DNA of 15,328 nt, the filler included, from an uncultured virus (IMG/VR IMGVR_UViG_2061766007_002127) (lineage: Duplodnaviria > Heunggongvirae > Uroviricota > Caudoviricetes). It is 2 parts of one record of this genome, joined end to end, with 100 filler letters (N's around TTAATTAATTAA, not from the genome) between each part and the next. Parts side by side here need not be neighbours in the genome. Positions count along the whole stretch, not along the records: positions 840 to 15,328 come from IMGVR_UViG_2061766007_002127; 1 more part is not named here. The stretch is one strand, 5' to 3'. Both the position numbers and the translations under genes were made by a program. The notes under the pieces were generated by a model. The model was not told the DNA's origin. It searched no databases and worked only from the letters and a program-made list of their open reading frames with translations. Positions 7,740 through 15,328 of the stretch are shown here, one piece after another. Each line of letters begins with the position of its first letter. The first letter of the stretch is position 1.

Positions 7740-8657
7740 ATGGGCACGTTTGTCGAATACGCGAAGAAGAGCGTCGAGGAAATCGGTAACGGAAACAACT
7801 TCAATGAACTCGATGAGTCAATCGGGAATTGCATCGACGGCATTCCGAACTGGAAGGAGACGATGGAGGACGGCAAGTTGTCGCCAGAGCCATCCAAGAG
7901 GCAGGAGCACGAGAAGGAGCTTGAGGAAATCGACTCCGACGTGTGCCGACTGGTGGCGATGGAGCATGCCATTCAGGACATCATTCTGGCAGCCCGTGAG
8001 CGCGTCGGGGAAATCGCCCGTCGGTTCTCGACGGAGTACGACAAGGACATGGTCGTGAAGGCGGCGAACTGGTACTTCAGGAACGTCAGCCATGCGAAGG
8101 ACGAATGCGGGCAGTCGCCTTCCGAGGACGAGTGCGCCAAGGACGGCATCACGTACATCGCGAAGTGCCTCCAGAGCGCACTGGGCGAACAGCAGTTGTT
8201 CAGGATTGTCGACGTCAGGTACGAGGCTGGCAACGAGGGCATGTACGTGTCGTTCACGATACCAGAGTGCCTCGGGGTGTGGGAGCTGCACATGCCGTTC
8301 GCGACGGTGTGGAAGCCGTCGCTGAAGGACTACGTTGGACGGCGTGGAGAGAACAGCCCGTTCCCGTTGCAGGTGCGCATCTGCTACCGAAGCCCACGGA
8401 GCGACTGCTTCGTCAAGACCATCATGAGCGCGTGGTCGTTCCACGACCTGTCGAGGAAGTGGTTCATGCTGGACATGGACGCCCACAGGAAGAGCCAGTA
8501 CCTTCCGACCAATGTGAGCAAGAACGGTCGGGTCATCGAAGAGTGCTACGACAGGCGAATCGGCAAGTACGAGAGGGAGAGCGACCTGACCGTCGACGAA
8601 TGGATGAGGAACATGCGCGAATGGCATTCGAGGATGTTGCCAGAGTGGGCGAAATAA
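7740..8657 (+). CDS. Hypothetical protein (~305 aa)
   Basis: Long ungapped ORF; AGGAG (7728-7732) is best spaced to ATG 7740 (alternative 7734). No family recognised. Confidence 0.8.
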   Translation: MGTFVEYAKKSVEEIGNGNNFNELDESIGNCIDGIPNWKETMEDGKLSPEPSKRQEHEKELEEIDSDVCRLVAMEHAIQDIILAARERVGEIARRFSTEYDKDMVVKAANWYFRNVSHAKDECGQSPSEDECAKDGITYIAKCLQSALGEQQLFRIVDVRYEAGNEGMYVSFTIPECLGVWELHMPFATVWKPSLKDYVGRRGENSPFPLQVRICYRSPRSDCFVKTIMSAWSFHDLSRKWFMLDMDAHRKSQYLPTNVSKNGRVIEECYDRRIGKYERESDLTVDEWMRNMREWHSRMLPEWAK

Positions 8658-8715
8658 AGGTTGCGAACAATGGGCAATCCACGNNNNNNNNNNNNNNNNN
8701 NNNNNNNNTAGCATT

Positions 8716-9229
8716 ATGGAGAAGGAAGGTTTCATGACTGAAGGAATCGGGCATCTGGTCGGCGAGGAGCTGAAGAAGCCAGTCCTGTATTCGGTGTTGC
8801 CAGACGGAACGGAGGTACCGTATGACGAGAGGGATGTCCAGATTGTTGTAATCGGGAGGCTTGTCGGTATCGAGAGGTGCCTGAACGGCATGTACGCAAC
8901 CGTNNNNNNNNNNNNNNNNNNNNNNNNNNNNNNNNNNNNNNNNNNNNNNNNNNNNNNNNNNNNNNNNNNNNNNNNNNNNNNNNNNNNNNNNNNNNNNNNN
9001 NNNNNNNNNNNNNNNNNNNNNNNNNNNNNNNNNNNNNNNNNNNNNNNNNNNNNNNNNNNNNNNNNNNNNNNNNNNNNNNNNNNNNNNNNNNNNNNNNNNN
9101 NNNNNNNNNNNNNNNNNNNNNNNNNNNNNNNNNNNNNNNNNNNNNNNNNNNNNNNNNNNNNNNNNNNNGTTCAGGAGGGAGAGGCTGGAACTGGCAGAGA
9201 AGCTTAAGAGGAGATACGAGAATGGATGA
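8716..9229 (+). CDS. Hypothetical protein(s), largely lost in a 265-nt gap
   Basis: Open frame before the gap; after it, FRRERLELAEKLKRRYENG* ends at 9229 overlapping the methyltransferase start. Could be one or more genes. Confidence 0.5.
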
Positions 9230-9947
9230 CGACGGGATTCAATTATATCATGGGGACTGCTTCGAGATTATGTCTGGCATCCCAGACGGCTCAATCGACC
9301 TCGTGGCGACCGACCCACCCTATCTGATAGATGTCCACAATGGTGGGGGGATGTACGCCGACAGGAGCATGCAGTCTGCGATAGACGAGCTTGAGACGAG
9401 CGACATCAACGAGTCGTATGACATCTTCAGGTTCGCAGACATGCTGGAGCCGAAGTTCAGGAACGGCATAAACGCCTACTTCTGGTGCAACAAGAGGCAG
9501 ATTTACGACTACCTGAAATGCTACATCGACGGTCACGGATGCAGGTTCGAGATTCTGAAGTGGTTCAAGCAGAATGCGATACCGAACTACTCGAACAAGT
9601 ACATGACGGACACCGAGTACTGCCTGTACTTCTACAACGGGGCAGGGCACTGCCATCCAGAGTCGTACACGGACGCATCGACGCTGTTCGTCGGGAGCAT
9701 CAACCAGTCCGACAAGAAGGCATACGGGCATCCGACCATCAAGCCCCTTGCGTTCATGGAGAGGATGGTCAGGAATTCGAGCCTTGAGGGGGAGACCGTG
9801 TTCGACCCGTTCATGGGCTCTGGGACGACGGGTCTGGCGTGCAGGCTCCACAACAGGAGGTTCATCGGCATCGAGAGGAACGACGGGTACTTCGAGATGG
9901 CTAGGAAGAGGATATACAGGATAGGGGAGCAGGATTTCCTGTTTTGA
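9222..9947 (+). CDS. DNA methyltransferase, beta class (N6-adenine/N4-cytosine)
   Basis: GDC start motif, IDLVATDPPY catalytic motif, HPTIKP, VFDPFMGSGTTG SAM-binding motif, FIGIE; motif order is beta class; GAGGAG RBS. Confidence 0.95.
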   Translation: MDDDGIQLYHGDCFEIMSGIPDGSIDLVATDPPYLIDVHNGGGMYADRSMQSAIDELETSDINESYDIFRFADMLEPKFRNGINAYFWCNKRQIYDYLKCYIDGHGCRFEILKWFKQNAIPNYSNKYMTDTEYCLYFYNGAGHCHPESYTDASTLFVGSINQSDKKAYGHPTIKPLAFMERMVRNSSLEGETVFDPFMGSGTTGLACRLHNRRFIGIERNDGYFEMARKRIYRIGEQDFLF

Positions 9948-9952
9948 CGAGA

Positions 9953-10662
9953 ATGAAGATAGGAAGCGACATTGAGCTGTTGCAGGGCGACTGCCTTGAG
10001 CTGATGAAGGGGATTCCAGACCATTCGGTGGACGCAGTCATCTGCGACCCGCCTTATGAGACGACTGCGTGCGAATGGGACAGGGCTTTGCCAGTGGCGG
10101 GGCTCTGGGAGCAGTACGACAGAATCATCAAGCCGAAGGGCAACGTGGTGCTGTTCGGCGCAGGGCTTTTCGCGTACAGGCTGGCGCTGTCGAACGAGAG
10201 GAGGTTCAGGNNNNNNNNNNNNNNNNNNNNNNNNNNNNNNNNNNNNNNNNNNNNNNNNNNNNNNNNNNNNNNNNNNNNNNNNNNNNNNNNNNNNNNNNNN
10301 NNNNNNNNNNNNNNNNNNNNNNNNNNNNNNNNNNGAACAACCTGAAGTACGGAATCGGGGGCGTCGCGACCGACAACAAGGGGACGAGGCATCCGTCGAC
10401 CGTACTGGACTTCCCCCAGAAGTGGCGCAGGCAGGACCAGGTTCATCCCACCCAGAAGCCAGTCGAGCTCATGGAGTGGCTCGTGAAGTCGTACTGCCCG
10501 CAGGGGGGGCTTGTCCTTGACAACTGCATGGGCTCTGGCACGACTGGAATCGCATGCAGGAACACTGGCAGGAAGTTCATCGGAATCGAGATGGACGAGG
10601 GGTACTTCGAGATTGCGAGGAAGAGGATTTCTGGCGAAGGCGAGCAGGAGACGCTGTTCTGA
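9953..10662 (+). CDS. Second beta-class DNA methyltransferase (split by gap 10211-10334)
   Basis: GDCLELM, VDAVICDPPY, HPTQKP, VLDNCMGSGTTG, FIGIE. Confidence 0.93.
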
Positions 10663-10675
10663 GCAGGTGGATGAG

Positions 10676-10948
10676 ATGAAGAGAAGATACGGCATGTGCC
10701 ACGAGTGCGACAGGATGATGTCGTGCTGGCAGGACGGGAAGGAAATCGGGTGCTTCTGCCGTCAGAGGGAAGTGGAGCCTTCGATGAACATTAGAATCGA
10801 GAACGGCGAATTTGTCATGTACGGTGGTCGCACGAAGGACAGCGTAATCTCGTCGAGGGAGAACTGGGATTCGCTCGACGTGCCTCGCGACTGCGAATTC
10901 TACGCGGAGCGCTTCATGGAGGAGTGCAATGAAGAGAAGATACAATGA
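10676..10948 (+). CDS. Cys-rich array protein 1
   Basis: MKRRYGMCHEC...GCFC...VPRDCEFYAERFMEECNEEKIQ. Confidence 0.85.
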   Translation: MKRRYGMCHECDRMMSCWQDGKEIGCFCRQREVEPSMNIRIENGEFVMYGGRTKDSVISSRENWDSLDVPRDCEFYAERFMEECNEEKIQ

Positions 10949-11162
10949 CTGCAGGAAATGCGACAAGTTCAGGCACGTGTACAGCGCGTTGGACGGCAAG
11001 TGGCTTGTGAGGTGCATGGCGACGAGCTGGAGCGAGGGTGGCGTGTCGTTCGAGGAGATTCTACGCGACAAGGAGGAGGAGTGGAACGGCTCCGAGCTTC
11101 CCATTGAATGCGTGTACTACGCAGACAGGTTCGTGGAGGAGTGCAATGAAAAGAAGGCTTGA
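10929..11162 (+). CDS. Cys-rich array protein 2
   Basis: MKRRYNDCRKC...VRC...LPIECVYYADRFVEECNEKKA. Confidence 0.85.
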   Translation: MKRRYNDCRKCDKFRHVYSALDGKWLVRCMATSWSEGGVSFEEILRDKEEEWNGSELPIECVYYADRFVEECNEKKA

Positions 11163-11385
11163 CATATGCAGGAGGTGCAGTTGCTTCAGGCGCGTGTCGA
11201 GAAAAAGCAACATGGGGAACTTGTACTGTTTCCACGAAGCCTTCTTCGACGGCAATGGCGATGAAATAGGCGTGGCGTGGTTCAACTTGCATCACAGCCA
11301 CGACTGGAACAAGGCAGACATCGCAGAGAATTGCGACTGCTATGCAGAGTATTTTGTGGAGGAGTGCAATGAAAAGAAGGCTTGA
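11146..11385 (+). CDS. Cys-rich array protein 3
   Basis: MKRRLDICRRC...LYC...IAENCDCYAEYFVEECNEKKA. Confidence 0.85.
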   Translation: MKRRLDICRRCSCFRRVSRKSNMGNLYCFHEAFFDGNGDEIGVAWFNLHHSHDWNKADIAENCDCYAEYFVEECNEKKA

Positions 11386-11599
11386 TGTCTGCAGGAGGTG
11401 CAGGATGATGGAGCCATGCCCTCACTGGGAGGGTCAGAAGCCTTCCTATCTGTGTGGAACATACCAGGAGGTGCGAGGGAACATGATATTCATCGAGGAC
11501 AACATCACGGAGGAGGAGTGGGTTCGCAGGGAAGTTCCAGACGGATGCGACATGTACGCAGAGTACTTCGTGGAGGACTGCAACAATGCTGAAGCGTGA
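11369..11599 (+). CDS. Cys-rich array protein 4
   Basis: MKRRLDVCRRC...YLC...VPDGCDMYAEYFVEDCNNAEA. Confidence 0.85.
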   Translation: MKRRLDVCRRCRMMEPCPHWEGQKPSYLCGTYQEVRGNMIFIEDNITEEEWVRREVPDGCDMYAEYFVEDCNNAEA

Positions 11600-11850
11600 T
11601 TTCAGGAAGTGCAAGACGTGTGGCAGGTTGCGCGAGGTGATGGTGTTCGACTCGGAGCTGCATTCCTATTTCTGTGGCTCNNNNNNNNNNNNNNNNNNNN
11701 NNNNNNNNNNNNNNNNNNNNNNNNNNNNNNNNNNNNNNNNNNNNNNNNNNNNNNNNNNNNNNNNNNNNNNNNNNNNNNNNNNNNNNNNNNNNNNNNNNNN
11801 NNNNGTACGCAGAGTACTTCGTGGAGGAGTGCAATGAGGAGAAGGCGTGA
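11586..11850 (+). CDS. Cys-rich array protein 5 (gapped; the gap could hide further units)
   Basis: MLKRDFRKCKTC...YFCG [gap 11681-11804] YAEYFVEECNEEKA*. Confidence 0.75.
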
Positions 11851-12094
11851 GATATGCGGCAGGTGCAGGTTCCTGTTCAACGGCGCAGGGGAAGGTGGCA
11901 GGAGGTATGCGTTCTGCATGAACACGGATTTGCACGGGAGCAGCGCGTTCTACGAGGCTGTCGCCAAGGCGAATCCAGCCAACTGCCCCGAGGACGAGTT
12001 CTTCGGGAGCGAACACGACGAGGATGTATTCTCGGAGTGCCCGTACAAGGCAGAGTATTGCCTGATAGAGTGGAACAATGAAAAGAAGAATTGA
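11834..12094 (+). CDS. Cys-rich array protein 6
   Basis: MRRRREICGRC...AFC...FSECPYKAEYCLIEWNNEKKN. Confidence 0.85.
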   Translation: MRRRREICGRCRFLFNGAGEGGRRYAFCMNTDLHGSSAFYEAVAKANPANCPEDEFFGSEHDEDVFSECPYKAEYCLIEWNNEKKN

Positions 12095-12302
12095 CATATG
12101 CAGCAAATGCGAGCAGTTCATAGAATGGAAGGAATATTGTCCAGGCTCCATGTCGTGTGGTTGCATCTATTCCGAGATGGTTTTTCCTTTCAAGATGACG
12201 AGGAACGAATTCCTTGGCAGGGATGTCCCCGACAATTGCATGATGAAGGCAGAGTATTGCTTAATTGAATGGAACAATGAGAAGAAAATTGGAGATATGT
12301 GA
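12078..12302 (+). CDS. Cys-rich array protein 7
   Basis: MKRRIDICSKC...SCGC...VPDNCMMKAEYCLIEWNNEKKIGDM. Confidence 0.85.
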   Translation: MKRRIDICSKCEQFIEWKEYCPGSMSCGCIYSEMVFPFKMTRNEFLGRDVPDNCMMKAEYCLIEWNNEKKIGDM

Positions 12303-12490
12303 GAACTGCAGCCAGTTCTATTCGTTTGCGACGTGCAGGAAGACGGTGTGCAGGCTTGCTGGAGGCGAGATGGCGAATCCAGTTCTCAGGGACATCAATA
12401 TTCCGTTCGAGTCGAGAAAGGTTCCAGAGAACTGCGTTTTCCTTGCAGAGCAGATGATGGCGAATTTTAATGAAGGAGAAGNNNNNNNNN
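12277..12490 (+). CDS. Cys-rich array protein 8 (stop presumed in or near gap 12482-12491)
   Basis: MRRKLEICENC...TVC...VPENCVFLAEQMMANFNEGE. Confidence 0.8.
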
Positions 12491-12940
12491 NCCTGTTCGA
12501 GGCGAAGGCTGACGTGGTGATGCACCAGTGCAACTGCATGTGCGTCTGGGGGGCGGGGGTAGCCGTCAGAATGAAGGAGGTGTTCCCAGAGGCGTATCAG
12601 GCAGACATGGCGACAGGCGCAGACAAGTGGAAGTTCGGTGGCACCAGCCACGTAGAGATAGCGCGTGAGAACCCGATGGGCGTGAAATGGGTCTACAACC
12701 TGTACGGGCAGGNNNNNNNNNNNNNNNNNNNNNNNNNAGTTCGAGAGGGCGTTTGCTCAGGCTTTGTGGCAACTGGACAGGAAGTATCCCGAGCACTGCG
12801 AGATTGCAATACCGTATCTGATTGGATGTGGACTGGCAGGNNNNNNNNNNNNNNNNNNNNNNNNNNNNNNNNNNNNNNNNNNNNNNNNNNNNNNNNNNNN
12901 NNNNNNNNNNNNNNNNNNGTACAGGCTCGTTAGGGATTAG
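12470..12940 (+). CDS. Macrodomain protein (Poa1/TARG1/DarG-like ADP-ribose processing), three internal gaps, end approximate
   Basis: MKEK..LFEAKADVVMHQCNCMCVWGAGVA...FP...VYNLYGQ, and in the post-gap frame IAIPYLIGCGLAG; both are macrodomain signature loops. Confidence 0.88.
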
Positions 12941-13038
12941 CCTCCCGAACGGCTGGTCATTTTCCGTCTATTTTCAAGCGCTATTCAAGGTACAATATGA
13001 AAGAAGGAGAAAATTGTTTCTAAGATAGGTTTTGGGAG

Positions 13039-14825
13039 ATGAGACAGTCGTCATTGGTATTTTTCGACCCGTCGAAGCAACTTGTCGTCTCGAGGGACAA
13101 CAGGTTGCCAGCATTGGACGGGAGCAGTCTGACGTGCATCAAGCCGTCGAGCGTCAAGATTTGGTTCACGACGGAGAACTCCGACAGCGTGATATGGGAC
13201 GAGGGGCATGAGGTCGCCACGGTAGCCCACGGTCTCGGATGCTTCCCGATTGTGTCGGTGTTCGACGAGGAGGGGGAGCAGTTGTTCCCGACCATCACGC
13301 TGATAGACGGTCTGTCGTTCACGATGGACTTCGGCGAGGAGGTCTACATCCCGTCTGGTCATCCGTGCTGTTGCGTGGTCGGATATCAGAGCGACTACGG
13401 CGATTCCACTGGCGAGCACGANNNNNNNNNNNNNNNNNNNNNNNNNNNNNNNNNNNNNNNNNNNNNNNNNNNNNNNNNNNNNNNNNNNNNNNNNNNNNNN
13501 NNNNNNNNNNNNNNNNNNNNNNNNNNNNNNNNNNNNNNNNNNNNNNNNNNNNNATGCAGGGCGCGACATTGATGACTGCCTTCGTCGACAATGGAACGGC
13601 GTCCATTCAATGGAACGACGCGCCAGCCTACTCTACTGGGTACGGAAGCGTGTCGACGTGGAAGTCGACGATTCTCGTCGCAAGCTACAGCCATCTGCCA
13701 GAGTCGGTCGACGACGGGGAGGTTCTTGTCGAGAACACGGTCAGGGACGCATACTCGTCGACCCCGTTCACGTTCGAGATGGAGCACGACGCCGTGTTCA
13801 TCAGGCTGTTCACGAGGATGTTCAACGACTCGATTTCGCCCTTGTCGCTCTCTCCTGGTCAGCAGTTAATCAACGTCGTCATCGAATCGCTCGGCGACTT
13901 CATGGAATACCTGAGGGACGGGGAGGTCGACGTGCTGAGGTCGGTGTATCCAGTCGGCTCTACCCTTCCGTTCGTGTCGCATTCGGAGTACACGCTCATG
14001 ACGTATCTGATTGGTCACTACGACTACACTGGCAACTACAATACGGTGTCCGACTATCTGAACGACGAGAACAGGTCGCACAACGTCATCCTGATACCAG
14101 CCACGGGCATCGCTGGCTCGAACGGGAACAGGATAGTAATTCCATACGACCTGTACGAGAAGACGAGCGCGTTGAGCCAGGACACGTCGTTCGTGTCTGG
14201 CAAGACGTACTACACGACGAACCAATGCACGTCTGCGTACAACGTGAACAACGCGCAGGAAGGGGACACGCCAGTTTCCCTCGGTCTGTACGAGAAGGGC
14301 AGGATAGTCACGGCGAACACGGGCTACGGCGTGTACGAGGAGTCGTTCATGAGGCAGTTCCTGACGAGCGACGCCGCGTCTGGGTGGTACCATCCACGGA
14401 ACATCTTCGAGCCTGCGTCCCATACGTTCGCGTCGAACCACGCTGGCTTCCTCTACGGTCTTGACTCCACGACGAAGTCGTACATGCATCCTGCGAGGAA
14501 CATGTACCTGACGTACAGGAACGTCCAGTCAATCGTGTACGACGCAGTGTTCCTCCCGAACAACTTCATGTTGATGAGGAGCGACGAGAACGGGTTCGGT
14601 CAGCAACTGGAGTACTTCAGGAGGATGACGACGAACGCGCAGAGGATACAGAGGGACCCGAACGGCGCAGCGCTGTACGCATGGTCTGGAAGCCAGGCGA
14701 ACCAGCCGAACAAGCCAGAAAACCTGATAAACCTGAGCACGGAGGGCGCGTGGAGCGTTGCAGGCAAGCTTGAGGGAGGTTCGAAGCAACTGGACGGAAC
14801 GGTTCCGTTCCTGTGCCTCGCATGA
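13039..14825 (+). CDS. Putative tail-fibre/receptor-binding protein with DUF6273-like C-terminal domain (one gene split by gap 13422-13553, or two genes)
   Basis: N-terminal VAHGLGCFPIVSVFD motif typical of phage structural proteins; W-x2-T...P-x4-DG...Y module; DTSFVSGKTYY; then YEESFMRQFL, GFL, DAVFLP, LEYF and terminal GTVPFLCL resembling DUF6273-type domains (recognised by eye, not searched). Confidence 0.6.
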
Positions 14826-14843
14826 TTCAATTGGAGACTTGAC

Positions 14844-15129
14844 ATGGAAATATCTTTCAACAGCATNNNNNNNNNNNNNNNNNGAGCTTGCAGGGGTGGA
14901 CGCGAATCCACCGAGGAAATGCACGAAGTACGAATTCGTCATGGCGCTGAAGCGCATCGACATGCCGTTGTACCAGATGCTCTACGGCGCGTACCAGCAG
15001 AACCCAGAGCTTCAGTTCATGTGGAACACGGTGAACGAGCTCGACAGAGACAACGAGGACTTCATCGGGATGACTGACTCNNNNNNNNNNNNNNNNNNNN
15101 NNNNNNNNNNNNNNNNNNNNNTGCAATAG
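14844..15129 (+). CDS. Small tail-fibre-associated hypothetical protein (gapped)
   Basis: GGAG RBS, ATG 14844; post-gap frame ...KCTKYEFVMALKR...LQFMWNTVNELDRDNEDF; sits directly behind the fibre-like gene. Confidence 0.55.
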
Positions 15130-15153
15130 GGGTCGGTCGCGTGGCGCTAGCGT

Positions 15154-15223
15154 GGAAATCTAGGTGAGGCGTCGCCTGCAACCAGATTTTTGAAAAGAAG
15201 AAATCCATTACATCTAGATTTCC
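15154..15223. repeat. Long-range inverted repeat enclosing two small hairpins
   Basis: GGAAATCTAGGTG (15154-15166) pairs with CATCTAGATTTCC (15211-15223) with one G-U; inside are AGGC-GTC-GCCT and GATTT...AAATC. Confidence 0.5.
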
Positions 15224-15328
15224 TTAAAATCAATTAACATTTATTAGCAAAATCCAACAAATGCACATACTATTGAAACAAGATGATGCAAACATAGTAT
15301 GATTTTAGATATTTTCAAGTAGAATCTC

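Larger units (their letters stand above)
10901..12302 (+). repeat. Seven degenerate junction repeats, ~200-250 bp period
   Basis: Consensus approx. TACGCAGAGTACTTCGTGGAGGAGTGCAATGAAAAGAAGGCTTGA, at about 10901, 11118, 11341, 11555, 11806, 12047, 12246. 11133-11162 and 11356-11385 are 30/30 identical. Confidence 0.9.

Noticed and set aside
10901..12302. CRISPR array or integron cassette array
   Set aside because: The repeats are degenerate, protein-coding and ~200-250 bp apart. There are no attC-like palindromes and no cas or integrase gene in the window.
12265..12933. Fusion of Cys-rich unit 8 to the macrodomain, as in the ORF track
   Set aside because: The join crosses a 10-N gap, and an ATG at 12470 in the array's usual overlap position gives a normal macrodomain start (MKEK..LF). 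A fusion is not fully excluded.
12935..12965. Terminator after the macrodomain (GATTAGCC / GGCTGGTC)
   Set aside because: The stem needs two G-U pairs, the U-tract is short and the gene end is uncertain.
2088..14825. Frameshifted pseudogenes (SPFH, second MTase, macrodomain, fibre gene, others)
   Set aside because: Every frame change falls on an N gap, so imprecise gap length is the simpler explanation.
132..15126. Numerous long minus-strand and alternate-frame ORFs
   Set aside because: They shadow well-supported + strand genes, lack recognisable motifs, and are expected with GC-rich third codon positions and N gaps.
15273..15303. Promoter TTGAAA...TATGAT at the window end
   Set aside because: The 19-nt spacing is poor, the background is AT-rich and no downstream gene is visible.

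Overview
A gappy, scaffolded fragment that looks like the accessory region of a large (possibly jumbo) bacteriophage genome. All credible genes are on the + strand, densely packed and often translationally coupled. Phage origin is inferred from gene content; no capsid or terminase hallmark gene is in the window. In order it holds: a partial radical SAM gene; an artificial six-frame-stop linker (784-795), so the first ~780 nt may not be truly adjacent to the rest; the first 'DNWADEM' paralog (second copy at ~6745); a small membrane protein plus an SPFH/flotillin-like gene; a 'GYVSNSSSSSF'-motif gene; a zinc-finger gene; two related putative virion-surface genes with the same modules in different arrangements (plus a 50-bp trace of a third copy); two beta-class DNA methyltransferases; eight overlapping small Cys-rich paralogs; a macrodomain; and a tail-fibre/receptor-binding-like gene with a small partner. 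The most striking feature is the eight-gene array (10676-~12490). A conserved ~45-60 bp junction encodes the C-terminus of one gene and, in the +1 frame, the start of the next (with the RBS in most junctions), while the cores between junctions are highly divergent. Several frame breaks fall exactly on N gaps and are treated as gap-length artefacts.
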